Assembly (NCBI GenBank): GCA_037446635.1
Contig: JBBIIG010000011.1
Span: forward strand, 311-64,310
Direction: 5' to 3'
DNA from: a bacterium
GTDB lineage: Bacteria > Zhuqueibacterota > Zhuqueibacteria > Oceanimicrobiales > Oceanimicrobiaceae
DNA: 64,000 nt
In this document: piece by piece, positions 26,325-35,709 of the stretch
How the letters are laid out: each line of letters begins with the position of its first letter
How positions within the stretch are numbered: the stretch's first letter is position 1
Program-made: the position numbers and the translations under genes
Notes under the pieces: model-generated
Database searches by the model: none
What the model was told of the DNA's origin: nothing
Seen by the model: only the letters and a program-made list of their open reading frames with translations

Positions 26325-27062
26325 TCAATTGGTCACCACGAGACGGTAATAATCGATATTCAGATTGACAATTCGAGTGTAGGGTATGACAAAGAATTCA
26401 CCCGGCATATCATAATAATTATCTTCGTTTTCATCATCTTCCAAATAACGGCGGTAAACATTCTTAAGAGTGATTGTCGATAACCCACCTTCGCTGGCTA
26501 ACTCATAAGCCACTAATTCACCCGAATAAATAATTGATTTGTCCGCATCTTTAACCAGAACATCAATCAAGGCAAAGCCGATATTTTTTGATTCACCACT
26601 AATTTTAGGGAAATCGAGAATTTCGCCGCTCAAGAGGTAATGCCATAAATTTCCGAAGCGGAACAACAAATATTTCCGATCGAGCTTAAAAGCCCTTACT
26701 GTTTTCATCGAACCCCACCCTAAAATCGCTGCGATCCCCCAGAGGCTAAGATTGTAGTACATGATTTCAGCAGAATGGTTTTTAAAAGAGGCAAACGCAT
26801 ACGCGGAGTTTGCATCATCCTTTGTTCCGATGAGCAAATAGGCTATCGAAGTAAAATTTATGTCATGATCAAACAATTCCTGAGTTGTGATGACGCCTAA
26901 AATCTGCAAAATTGCCCCAGGAACAATAGCCCACATTAATTCATCAATGGGTTTCGTGTTAAGATATTTTTTGGAGAAAGGTCCGGAGAGGTAGGTGCGT
27001 CGAAGGACAATGCCCGGAACGAAAATCAAAAATAAGAGTACCGTTCCGAATGCGATATTCAT
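26325..27062 (-). CDS. Hypothetical membrane protein (AT-rich, DUF6338-like layout)
   Basis: About three N-terminal TM segments and a soluble C-terminal beta domain; low GC. Confidence 0.7.
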   Translation of the reverse strand: MNIAFGTVLLFLIFVPGIVLRRTYLSGPFSKKYLNTKPIDELMWAIVPGAILQILGVITTQELFDHDINFTSIAYLLIGTKDDANSAYAFASFKNHSAEIMYYNLSLWGIAAILGWGSMKTVRAFKLDRKYLLFRFGNLWHYLLSGEILDFPKISGESKNIGFALIDVLVKDADKSIIYSGELVAYELASEGGLSTITLKNVYRRYLEDDENEDNYYDMPGEFFVIPYTRIVNLNIDYYRLVVTN

Positions 27063-27088
27063 GTTATCTCATTCGCGAAAGGGGAAAA

Positions 27089-27256
27089 TTATTTCTTTAT
27101 CCTCGAAACGCGCATGAGCCGGTAGGTCTTGCCGTCAATGGTAAATTTTTGTTCCTTACCGCTTTTTTTATTTCTGCGGATCTTTTGATTCAAAATTTTT
27201 GCTTTGAGGGGGTCGTTGATCAACTCTATTGCTTCTTTACTTAGCGGAGGCGCCAT
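27089..27256 (-). CDS. Small basic 55-aa protein (below the ORF track cutoff)
   Basis: AGGAG-N6-ATG; MAPPLSKEAIELINDPLKAKILNQKIRRNKKSGKEQKFTIDGKTYRLMRVSRIKK; ends 26 bp before the next gene. Confidence 0.6.
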   Translation of the reverse strand: MAPPLSKEAIELINDPLKAKILNQKIRRNKKSGKEQKFTIDGKTYRLMRVSRIKK

Positions 27257-27335
27257 ACAATTCTCCTGTGACTTAAACCGTGAAGTAATATAAAAAATTA
27301 ATTGGTTATTGCAAATAAAAAATTGTTCTGGGGAT

Positions 27336-29000
27336 TCACTGCAATCCCCGCAAGTACGCCACCATATCTTCCACTTCTTCCGGATCCAATTTGAAATCTT
27401 TCATCGGCGTGGCGGGGATGATCCGCTGCGGCGTTTTGATGAGATGATAGAGGTAGGAATCGGATAATTTCGCGCCCACGTGCGTCAGGTCCGGGCCGAC
27501 GTTCTGCCCCTCGCCGCTGACTTTGTGGCAGCCGACGCAGCCGTATTCAAAAATCAGATCGCGGCCGGAAAGCGTCATATCGCTGTCGGCTTCGGCCCAA
27601 TCGAATTCCGGCTCGGGGAAGTTCGAATCCATTTTGTTCCGCATCAGAAACGCCGCCAGGTCGCGGGCTTCCTGTTCCGTCAAATCAAAGTTTGGCATGC
27701 GAACGAGCGGCCGCTGATCTTTCGCCGCCCAGCGAACGCGATACGGCTGCGTGAGATAACCCACCAGCCAGCTCTCCTGATATTTGTTGCCGGCAAATTC
27801 CAACCCCGGCGGTATGTTCAACCCCTGCGAAGTTTGTTGATGGCACTCGCCGCATTTCAGCGCCGAGTACAGCGTCTCGCCGTTCCGCGGATCGCCGGGC
27901 TGGATTCGCACCACATCCTCGGGCTGAGCCTCAGCCTTCGCCTCCAACTGCTGTTTCGCGCGATTGGCATCCGCGGCGCCCCAGATGGTGAGAATTAAAA
28001 TCGCCATCACCGCGGTCGCGCCGACGCCGGAGGCAATGGGCCGCCGCGAAAGCTCGCGCTCGGGATCGCGATCGATGAAGGGCAGCAAAAGCATCAACGT
28101 AAAAAATGCGCCCGGCAAAATCACCGCGCCGATGATTTCCAACTTCCCCTCAAAAATTTTCAGCAATTGAAAGAGGCTGTAAAAATACCAATCGGGGCGC
28201 GGCACATAACTGGTATCGTTGGGGTCGGCTTTGGGTTCGAGGTGGGCGCCGTAGTTAGCGGCCAGCAACATAATGACCGCGATGACCAGAAACGCCGCCG
28301 CGCTGTCGCGGAAGAGCTGCTGCGGATAAAAGCGGCTCGGGTAGTCAACCGCGTCGCCTTCCTTTTGCCACGGCGGCGTGGGACCCAGCGAACGGATGTA
28401 GTACAAATGGCCGCCCACCAGCAGCACCAGCAGCAGCGGCAAAACGATCACGTGCAGAGAATAAAATCGCGACAGGGTGATGGTGCTCATCTCGCTGCCG
28501 CCCTGCATGATTTTGATGATATACGGCCCAATGACTGGCACGACGCCAGCGATGTTGATGCCGACTTTGGTGGCGAAGTACGCTTTCATGTCCCACGGCA
28601 GCAAATAGCCGGTGAACGCAAATCCTAAGGTGGCCAGCAGCAGCCCGACGCCGAACACCCACGTCCACTGGCGGGGACGTTTGTAGGCGCCGTAAAAGAA
28701 CGTGCGGCAAATGTGGGCGAAGATCACAATCACCATCCCGCTGGCGGCAAAATAGTGGATGCCGCGAATGAGCTTACCGAACAGCACCTGCGTTTCAATG
28801 TATTGGATGCTCTCGTAGGCGGCGTCGGCGTTGGGGGAATAATAAAATGAAAGAAGAATGCCGGTGACGATTTGCACAACAATGAGCGCCAGCAGGACGG
28901 AACCCAAAGTGTGCGGCCAGCTCACGCCTTTGGGCATGGGCTCGTCGAGCAAGTCTTTTACAATTGCAAGCAATCCCTTTTCGGAATCGGAATGGCTCAT
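27336..29000 (-). CDS. Cytochrome b (b6 plus subunit IV) fused to two c-type heme domains
   Basis: Four heme-b His (RGIH..AH; SLH..GH), GYLLPWD, PDWY, CGECH, CVGCH. Confidence 0.88.
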   Translation of the reverse strand: MSHSDSEKGLLAIVKDLLDEPMPKGVSWPHTLGSVLLALIVVQIVTGILLSFYYSPNADAAYESIQYIETQVLFGKLIRGIHYFAASGMVIVIFAHICRTFFYGAYKRPRQWTWVFGVGLLLATLGFAFTGYLLPWDMKAYFATKVGINIAGVVPVIGPYIIKIMQGGSEMSTITLSRFYSLHVIVLPLLLVLLVGGHLYYIRSLGPTPPWQKEGDAVDYPSRFYPQQLFRDSAAAFLVIAVIMLLAANYGAHLEPKADPNDTSYVPRPDWYFYSLFQLLKIFEGKLEIIGAVILPGAFFTLMLLLPFIDRDPERELSRRPIASGVGATAVMAILILTIWGAADANRAKQQLEAKAEAQPEDVVRIQPGDPRNGETLYSALKCGECHQQTSQGLNIPPGLEFAGNKYQESWLVGYLTQPYRVRWAAKDQRPLVRMPNFDLTEQEARDLAAFLMRNKMDSNFPEPEFDWAEADSDMTLSGRDLIFEYGCVGCHKVSGEGQNVGPDLTHVGAKLSDSYLYHLIKTPQRIIPATPMKDFKLDPEEVEDMVAYLRGLQ

Positions 29001-29025
29001 CAACTCCTCCCTTAAAATTGGCGGC

Positions 29026-29553
29026 TCACAGTCCGAACAAAAACCCCACGGCGATCATGTAGAAGTTGCTGTCCACTTCCTGGAAAGGAATGTCATCGAA
29101 ACGGTAATCGAGGAAGACATAACGGAGATCGCCGGTGAGCCGCGACTTGCCGCCCACGGGCAGCTCCACGCCGGCGCCAAAGTGCCAGCCGAATTCCTGT
29201 TTGGTCTCATTGTCCACGCCCGGAACGTTGACATCGAATGTGGTGTTGTACCAGCCGGCGCCCACCGCGCCGTAAACAATTGGCAGAGGATAGAACATGC
29301 CGGTCACGAGAATCGGCCAACTGCGGACGGTGAGCGCGTCGTTGCCATATTTTTCCTGGCGATAATTGATGGCGCCCTCGACGCCCAGCGCCGACGAGAG
29401 TTTGAGCCGCAGCGCCGCGCCAAACAGGAATCGGCCGTCATCGGCGTCCTGGGTCTTGTAATAGCCCACTTGCGGCCCCAATTTTATGCTCTGCGCGTTG
29501 ACTGGCGACGTCATCAAAACCAACACAAACACCAGCAGAATTCTCTTGAACAT
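29026..29553 (-). CDS. OmpA-like outer-membrane beta-barrel
   Basis: Signal peptide, alternating beta pattern, GWHFGAGVE. Confidence 0.8.
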   Translation of the reverse strand: MFKRILLVFVLVLMTSPVNAQSIKLGPQVGYYKTQDADDGRFLFGAALRLKLSSALGVEGAINYRQEKYGNDALTVRSWPILVTGMFYPLPIVYGAVGAGWYNTTFDVNVPGVDNETKQEFGWHFGAGVELPVGGKSRLTGDLRYVFLDYRFDDIPFQEVDSNFYMIAVGFLFGL

Positions 29554-29722
29554 TTCTATCTCCTGATTTTTTTCATGTATCATAAACTATTCAAATGAAA
29601 AAAGCAATATGCTAAACTGAATTATTCACTACAAAGTACACGAAAACTACTCGATTAAACTATAGTTAGTTCATCGTGAACTTCCTGCTCGTCGTGGTCA
29701 TTTATCAAATAGCGCGGCCAAC

Positions 29723-30148
29723 TCAATTTTTTGTCAAAACAAAATTTTCATTTTTCTTTTTAGAATCATTTAATAGAAGGTCGATGCTGGCCTTTTGCTG
29801 CTGGAGATTCTCGGCGCTGGCGGACTTGAGTTCCTGCAATTTTAGATTGAGTCTTTTTCTTTGCAGCTCCAGCTCATCAATCTCCTGAAACCATTCCACT
29901 CGCAATTCTCTTCCGGCATAATCGATGCGCGCTTTCAAAACCTCGATCTCGTCTTCGAGCTCCGCGATCTTCGATTGCACTTTTTTTTCGTATTCACGGA
30001 CTTGCTGATTTATCGAGGAGTCGCCCTTGCTGCAAGCAGACAGCAGCGTCCACAACAACGCCAAAATCAGAAACCCTAACACGCTGGCCGCGAGGTTGCG
30101 GGCACCGTTGATCAGCGCCGCGGCGAGTAGGTTCCATATCTTGTTCAT
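29723..30148 (-). CDS. Hypothetical coiled-coil lipoprotein
   Basis: LSAC lipobox; heptad E/K/L pattern. Confidence 0.65.
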   Translation of the reverse strand: MNKIWNLLAAALINGARNLAASVLGFLILALLWTLLSACSKGDSSINQQVREYEKKVQSKIAELEDEIEVLKARIDYAGRELRVEWFQEIDELELQRKRLNLKLQELKSASAENLQQQKASIDLLLNDSKKKNENFVLTKN

Positions 30149-30193
30149 GGTATCTTTCCTTTCTTCATCATTTCGAGAATCATTTTTAAGAAA

Positions 30194-30230
30194 AAGGCTT
30201 CACCCCGGTTAAACCGGAGTGAAGCCCTTT
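30194..30230. terminator. Hairpin / terminator after the LysM gene
   Basis: AAGGCTTCACCCCGG-TTAAA-CCGGAGTGAAGCCCTT with an adjacent A-run (U-run on minus). Confidence 0.55.
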
Positions 30231-30308
30231 AAATGCGCTCATAATGTGGTACCTGGTGTGTGTTTGTAACTCAGGTATGGGGTGAGGAAACAGTTATGAG
30301 CGCGGGGT

Positions 30309-31043
30309 TTACGAAACGATCGTTGCGTCTTTCTGCTTTTTCGTGCCGTTTTTGCGGCGCGCATCTTCATCGTCATCGAAAAAGTAGGCGCTCTTTTTCT
30401 CGTCATCTTCGGCTTTGGGCGCGCTGCCATAGAACTCTACTTCTTCGCGCTTCTTTTTGCGGACGTGCAAGAAAAGGCCCATCACCAAAATAACCGCCAA
30501 AACCACCACTCCTGTAACCACCGGCGTGGAAAGCCAGAACGAGGTGTCGGCGCCGTTGCCGGCTTCGATTTCGTACGGCTCACTTTCAAAGGCCGGCGAT
30601 TTGCTTGCGTGCGGCGCAATTTGCTTCTCGGATGGCTCGGGCGTCGGGGAGTCGGGGGCTTTAGCGTCGCGTTTGGCGAGGGGCTCGCTGTGGGCTTTTA
30701 CCCGTCCCGCCAAAATGTCTTGCTGCAAATCCACCACGGCATTGACATCCGAAAGCCGCCGCGACGTTCGAACTTTTTGGATCGCCTCAAAGCTGGGCAC
30801 GACGATCTTTTCGCCCGGGAAAATCAGATCGCCGTCCGGCGCGCGGTTGATCAGCGCCAGCTCTTTCCAATAAGACGTGTCGCCGTAATATTGCTGCGCG
30901 ATTTTGCTCAACCAGTCGCCCTCTTTGATTTCATGGGAGAGCGGCTGTTCGAGCCGCAGCAGGCTGCTCAACAGGTTGCCGGCGGGTTCCATGAAAATCA
31001 CGAACAGGCCCATGAGCAACACTGCAAACAAAAACCGTTTCAT
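30309..31043 (-). CDS. LysM domain membrane-anchored protein
   Basis: IKEGDWLSKIAQQYYG...N...LIFPGEKIVVP; C-terminal TM. Confidence 0.85.
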   Translation of the reverse strand: MKRFLFAVLLMGLFVIFMEPAGNLLSSLLRLEQPLSHEIKEGDWLSKIAQQYYGDTSYWKELALINRAPDGDLIFPGEKIVVPSFEAIQKVRTSRRLSDVNAVVDLQQDILAGRVKAHSEPLAKRDAKAPDSPTPEPSEKQIAPHASKSPAFESEPYEIEAGNGADTSFWLSTPVVTGVVVLAVILVMGLFLHVRKKKREEVEFYGSAPKAEDDEKKSAYFFDDDEDARRKNGTKKQKDATIVS

Positions 31044-31105
31044 AACTAAACCTCCATTTATTTTAATGGTGATGATCTGCCATTCAATTTCGCCAAAGCC
31101 CGTAT

Positions 31106-31121
31106 TACAAAGGCGATGCCA
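31106..31121 (-). promoter_or_regulatory. Imperfect sigma54-like promoter
   Basis: TGGCATCGCCTTTGTA 63 bp upstream of the LysM start; -12 has GT instead of GC. Confidence 0.3.
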
Positions 31122-31385
31122 GTTTTGAAACCGCCGGTCACTTGCCGCGCTAAGGCTTTCAAATTCATAAATTAATCTAAGGGCGAAGAAACGATTTTCA
31201 GGGGGAGGATCAAAGCGATTTTCAGGTAATCCATGTAATTGTTACACGACGAGAGGCAACGCCGGTTTTTCAAAAAATGTTCTTCTAAAAAGAGTTAGAT
31301 GAACCTCAAAATTTTTTTTGCAGAGGTTGCATTATTGCTTTTTTTTTCTTAAAAAGTTTCGACGAAAATCTTTTGGAGGACCAAC

Positions 31386-33185
31386 ATGGCAGCGAAAAAA
31401 GGCTGGATCATCTTTTTTGTGATTTTCGGTTTGTTCGTGCTGATGGGGGTGGCGTTCATATTCGCGATTCGCACGGCGCTGCAAGACAAGCCCCTCGTCA
31501 AAAAAGATACGGTTTTGAAGTTGACCCTTGCGGGCTTGATATCGGAACACTTTCCCAGGGATGCCGTGGCGCGAGAATTTGAGGGCGCCAACCTGCAATT
31601 GCATGATATTCTCAGCGGCCTCGCCAAAGCCAAAGTCGATGACCGCGTCTCGGGCGCGCTTTTGGTGATTCATACTCCGGACATCGGTTGGGCGAAAGCG
31701 CAGGAAATCCGCCGCGCAATTCTGGACTTCAAAAGCAGCGGAAAATTCGTGACCGCGTTCATGGAAACCTGCGATGAGCAGGCCTACTACCTCGCCTGCG
31801 CCGCCGACGCCATTTACCTGCAGCCCAACTCTTTCGTGGAATTCAACGGCTTCGCCGCGGAGACGCCGTTTTTGAAGCGGATGTTTAACAAACTGGGGAT
31901 GCAGCCGCAAGTGGAAAACATCGGCGAGTACAAAAGCGCCGGCGACATTTTGAAACGGGAGTCCATGAGCGACCCCCACCGCGAAGCCACCACGGCCCTG
32001 CTGCAGGATATTTATGATGAATTCGTGGAGGTGGTCTGCGCCCGCCGCGGCCTCCAGCGCCCGGCGTTCGAAGCGCTGCTCAACCGCGGGCTGTACGATT
32101 CCGAAGAAGCGCTGGCGGAAAAATTGGTGGACGAGCTGAAGTACGAAAGCGACCTCGAAGATTTGTTGAAAGAGAAAGTTTTTGGCGCACCAACCGGCGA
32201 CAGCAAAACCCGCAGCGTGAACACCATCGCGATCCAGAGGTACAACAAAATCCCGGCAGAGGAAGTGGGGCTGGCGCAGGGCAGCAAGATCGCGCTCATT
32301 TACGGCGTGGGCGCCATTGTCTCCGGCGACGGCGGCGTCGATCCGTTCTTTGGTCGCAACATGGGTTCGGGCGAAATCTCTGAGCTTTTGGAGACGGCCC
32401 GCAAAAATACAGCTGTCAAAGCGGTGGTGCTGCGCGTTGATAGCCCCGGCGGCAGCGCCCTCGCCTCGGATGTCATCTGGGCGGCGATCAACAAAGTGAA
32501 GAAAGAAAAACCTGTGGTGGTTTCCATGTCCGACGTGGCGGCCTCCGGCGGCTACTGGATTTCCATGGGCAGCGATGCCATCGTGGCGCAGCCCACCACC
32601 ATCACCGGCTCTATTGGCGTGGTGGGCACGGTTTTCGATCTCTCCAAAACTTACGATAAACTCGGCATCAACTGGGCGACGGTGAAAACCAACCCCTACG
32701 CCGATATCCTCACCGACAAGCGCCCCATGAGCAATGAAGAATGGAAAGTGTTTAAAACACAAATTGCGGACGTCTATCACACGTTCGTGAAAAAAGCCGC
32801 TGACGGCCGCGGCCAAACCTGGGACGAAATCGACCGCGTCGCCAAAGGCCGGGTGTGGACCGGCAAGCGTGCGCTGGAGTTTGGACTGGTGGATACCCTG
32901 GGCGGTTTGGAAGCGGCGCTGGCCATCGCAAAAAAGAAAGTCAACCTCGCCGCTGATGCGCCCACCCAGTGGGTGGTTTATCCGCAGCCCAAAGGGTTTG
33001 TGGAATCGCTGATGGAAAAAATCGGCGCGCGAGTGGCGAAAATGACGTCGCTGCCGAACGAATGGGCATTGATTCGAAATTTGCCGGCGGAGACGAAGCT
33101 CGCTCTGCAGCAGTTGGCAATTTTAAATCGCTTTTGGAATGGCGAGATTTTGGCGATTGAATCGCAGGTGCCGGTGGTCAAATAG
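31386..33185 (+). CDS. sppA: Signal peptide peptidase SppA, 67K type
   Basis: GEYKSA, RVDSPGGSA, AASGGYW, TGSIGV, GRVWTG. Confidence 0.95.
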   Translation: MAAKKGWIIFFVIFGLFVLMGVAFIFAIRTALQDKPLVKKDTVLKLTLAGLISEHFPRDAVAREFEGANLQLHDILSGLAKAKVDDRVSGALLVIHTPDIGWAKAQEIRRAILDFKSSGKFVTAFMETCDEQAYYLACAADAIYLQPNSFVEFNGFAAETPFLKRMFNKLGMQPQVENIGEYKSAGDILKRESMSDPHREATTALLQDIYDEFVEVVCARRGLQRPAFEALLNRGLYDSEEALAEKLVDELKYESDLEDLLKEKVFGAPTGDSKTRSVNTIAIQRYNKIPAEEVGLAQGSKIALIYGVGAIVSGDGGVDPFFGRNMGSGEISELLETARKNTAVKAVVLRVDSPGGSALASDVIWAAINKVKKEKPVVVSMSDVAASGGYWISMGSDAIVAQPTTITGSIGVVGTVFDLSKTYDKLGINWATVKTNPYADILTDKRPMSNEEWKVFKTQIADVYHTFVKKAADGRGQTWDEIDRVAKGRVWTGKRALEFGLVDTLGGLEAALAIAKKKVNLAADAPTQWVVYPQPKGFVESLMEKIGARVAKMTSLPNEWALIRNLPAETKLALQQLAILNRFWNGEILAIESQVPVVK

Positions 33186-33389
33186 TTTTTAAAAGCCGGC
33201 GCCGTTCGGGTTGCTTTTCCGCAAAGCGGATCCGCTGTGCCGAAAATCCGATTATTTTCGGAGAATCCGCGTTCTTCGCTTTGCTCGACAAGGATTTGCA
33301 ATCCTTGTCGGGCAATTATCTAGGAATTTTAATTTCCCTTTCAAACAGCGTTCGTAATTTTCTGACTGCACAGGCAAATTCCGAACACG

Positions 33390-33419
33390 CGGAGTGCAAA
33401 ACTGAAGTTTTGCACTCCG
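33390..33419. repeat. GGAG-family REP palindrome
   Basis: CGGAGTGCAAAACTGAAGTTTTGCACTCCG. Confidence 0.8.
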
Positions 33420-33443
33420 GTTTTACCGCTTTATTCCCGCCGC

Positions 33444-34973
33444 TCACCTCTGGTTAATCCGCTTATTTAATTCCACGGTAAATTCCGTGCCCTTCCCGAC
33501 CTCGCTGGCCACCGAAATTTTGCCGCCGTGCTCCTCCACCACAATGCCGTAGCAAATTGGCAGCCCCAGTCCCGTACCCACGCCGACGCCTTTGGTGGTG
33601 AATCCCGGGTTGAAGATTTTGTCGAGGTTTTCTGGTGGAATACCGGCGCCGCTATCTTTGATTTTCACCACCACCCGGCCATCTTCCTCAAACGTTTTTA
33701 TGGTAATCGCGCCTTTATCTTCAATCGCCTGAATGGCGTTGATCAGCAGATTCATAAATACCTGGTTTAGCTTGCGCGGCATACACTCGATTGCGGGGAT
33801 GTCGCCGTACTCTTTGATCACGGCGATGCGATTTTTCAATTTGTGATGGAGCAGAATGAGCGTTTCGTCGAGACACTCGTTCAAATTGGCTTTCTGGTAT
33901 TCCGCTTCGTCGAGGCGGGCAAAATGCTTCAAGCTGATTACCAGCGCGCCGATGCGTTCGCAGGCGATTTTGTTGATGCGATTCAACTCATCAGCGTTTG
34001 CTAAAATTTTCGTTAATTTGCCTTCGCTTTTTATTAATTCCGAAATTTTCGAGTCAGAAAAAATCACTTTCAGTTTTTGCAAAGCACGATGGATGATATC
34101 GTTGTTGCTGGCGATCGATCCCAGCGGATTGTTGATCTCGTGGGCGATGCCCGCCACCAATTGTCCCAACGACGCCATCTTCTCGGACTGGATGAGTTGC
34201 GCCTGCATCTGCCGCAGCTCGCGGGTGCGCTCTTCGACTTTGAGTTCGAGATTTTCGTTCAGCTCGCGAATCTGTCCGATGTGATAGCGCAGCAAAGCAT
34301 AATAAAAAATGAACGCCGCGATGGTGAACGGAATAAACGTAAACGAATGGGAGGGAATGCCCTGCAGCGGCAGCAGCAGCGCCAGCACGCCCCCGAAAAA
34401 GAAGATGATAACAAAGCCCGCGAGGTTATACTTCAGCCAGACTCGTTTTAACCAATCGCGGGACCGCCGGTACGAGTCGATCATCAGCGCCAGTTCCGTC
34501 GTCCCCACGTAGATGAAATAAAACACGGCCAGATTGAACAGGGGCCCGTAGGCGTGCTCGAAACCAGTTACCGGGTTGAATTCCACGCCGGCGATGATGG
34601 CGTCGCTAAAAATGAGCAGAGCGAGCAGCGCCAGGTTTAGCAGCACCACTAGCCAAAAATGGAAGCGAATGGGCGCGCCCAAAATTTTTTCATTCAACCG
34701 CTGCTGGCGGTCCGTCAGCAGCAGGACATAGTACAAACCAAGAATTTGGCTGGGAATGGCGAACAGGTAGGGAATCTTCGTCCACTGTTGGGCGGCGGCT
34801 TCCGTGGCGGCGAGATGAAACACAAACGCGCTGACGTTTGAAAGCGCCGCGACCAACATCAGCGCGCTGAAAATTTTGTTGATGCGCTCGTGGGGATTTT
34901 GCAGGTAGAGAATGATCCCTAACGCGCTCAGAAGAATCGTAGAGATGAGCGAAGGAATGGCGAACGGGTTCAT
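33444..34973 (-). CDS. Sensor histidine kinase with N-terminal 7TM domain (NtrB/AtoS-like core)
   Basis: EKMASLGQLVAGIAHEINNPL, NLLINAIQA, DSGAGI, GTGLGL. Confidence 0.92.
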   Translation of the reverse strand: MNPFAIPSLISTILLSALGIILYLQNPHERINKIFSALMLVAALSNVSAFVFHLAATEAAAQQWTKIPYLFAIPSQILGLYYVLLLTDRQQRLNEKILGAPIRFHFWLVVLLNLALLALLIFSDAIIAGVEFNPVTGFEHAYGPLFNLAVFYFIYVGTTELALMIDSYRRSRDWLKRVWLKYNLAGFVIIFFFGGVLALLLPLQGIPSHSFTFIPFTIAAFIFYYALLRYHIGQIRELNENLELKVEERTRELRQMQAQLIQSEKMASLGQLVAGIAHEINNPLGSIASNNDIIHRALQKLKVIFSDSKISELIKSEGKLTKILANADELNRINKIACERIGALVISLKHFARLDEAEYQKANLNECLDETLILLHHKLKNRIAVIKEYGDIPAIECMPRKLNQVFMNLLINAIQAIEDKGAITIKTFEEDGRVVVKIKDSGAGIPPENLDKIFNPGFTTKGVGVGTGLGLPICYGIVVEEHGGKISVASEVGKGTEFTVELNKRINQR

Positions 34974-35000
34974 ACCCTCAACACTGTCGTACGGCGCAGA

Positions 35001-35630
35001 TTATCTCAAAAAGAAGGTGACGCCGATTTTCAACGTGATCTCGTGGGCGGTGATATCGCGCTTGACAACCTCGTCGGGATTAACTTGGTTTTCTTCGGGT
35101 GCGGGGATATTATAAATTGTCTGATACTCAACCGACACATCAAGCCAGGGGCCGATGCCAATGTCGTACATCAAGCCGCCGCCGGCGTTCCAGCCCAGCG
35201 CGGCGTCGTTCTCGCTGGAAACGGTGTTGAATTGATCGAGATTGATGTTTGTTCTAAAAAAATAGAATCCCCCTAGCGCGCCCACATGAGCTTTGAAATT
35301 TCTGGTTCCGAATATGAATTGTGGGCCGAAGGTCAGGCGGAAGGCGTCGTTGCGCACCTCGGCCAGGATGGGGATGCCGCCGAAATTCACGGTGGTGAGA
35401 TCTCTGCCGTAGCTCAGAAAAGCAAAATCACCCCGCAGTCCAACGCCGCCGAGGGATTTCATTTTGCGCGCCACCTTAATTCCAAAACCGCCGCCGGTTT
35501 CAGAAACATTAGCAAAATCTGAGTTGGGAAAAGAGACCAGAATGTGCGGGCCAACCGACCACTGGGCGCGCGCGCCGTCCGGTGCCAGCGCCCAAAGCCC
35601 TAACGCAATTACGAGTATGAGTCGTTTCAT
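35001..35630 (-). CDS. Outer-membrane beta-barrel protein
   Basis: Signal peptide ARA; GWNAGGG; C-terminal GVTFF. Confidence 0.8.
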   Translation of the reverse strand: MKRLILVIALGLWALAPDGARAQWSVGPHILVSFPNSDFANVSETGGGFGIKVARKMKSLGGVGLRGDFAFLSYGRDLTTVNFGGIPILAEVRNDAFRLTFGPQFIFGTRNFKAHVGALGGFYFFRTNINLDQFNTVSSENDAALGWNAGGGLMYDIGIGPWLDVSVEYQTIYNIPAPEENQVNPDEVVKRDITAHEITLKIGVTFFLR

Positions 35631-35668
35631 TTAGCGTCCTCTAATTAAATTGGTGATTAATTACAATG

Positions 35669-35697
35669 GTAGGGAACGCATAATATGCGCTCCCTAC
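35669..35697. repeat. GTAG-family REP palindrome
   Basis: GTAGGGAACGCATAATATGCGCTCCCTAC. Confidence 0.7.
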
Positions 35698-35709
35698 GCG
35701 GATCATTAT

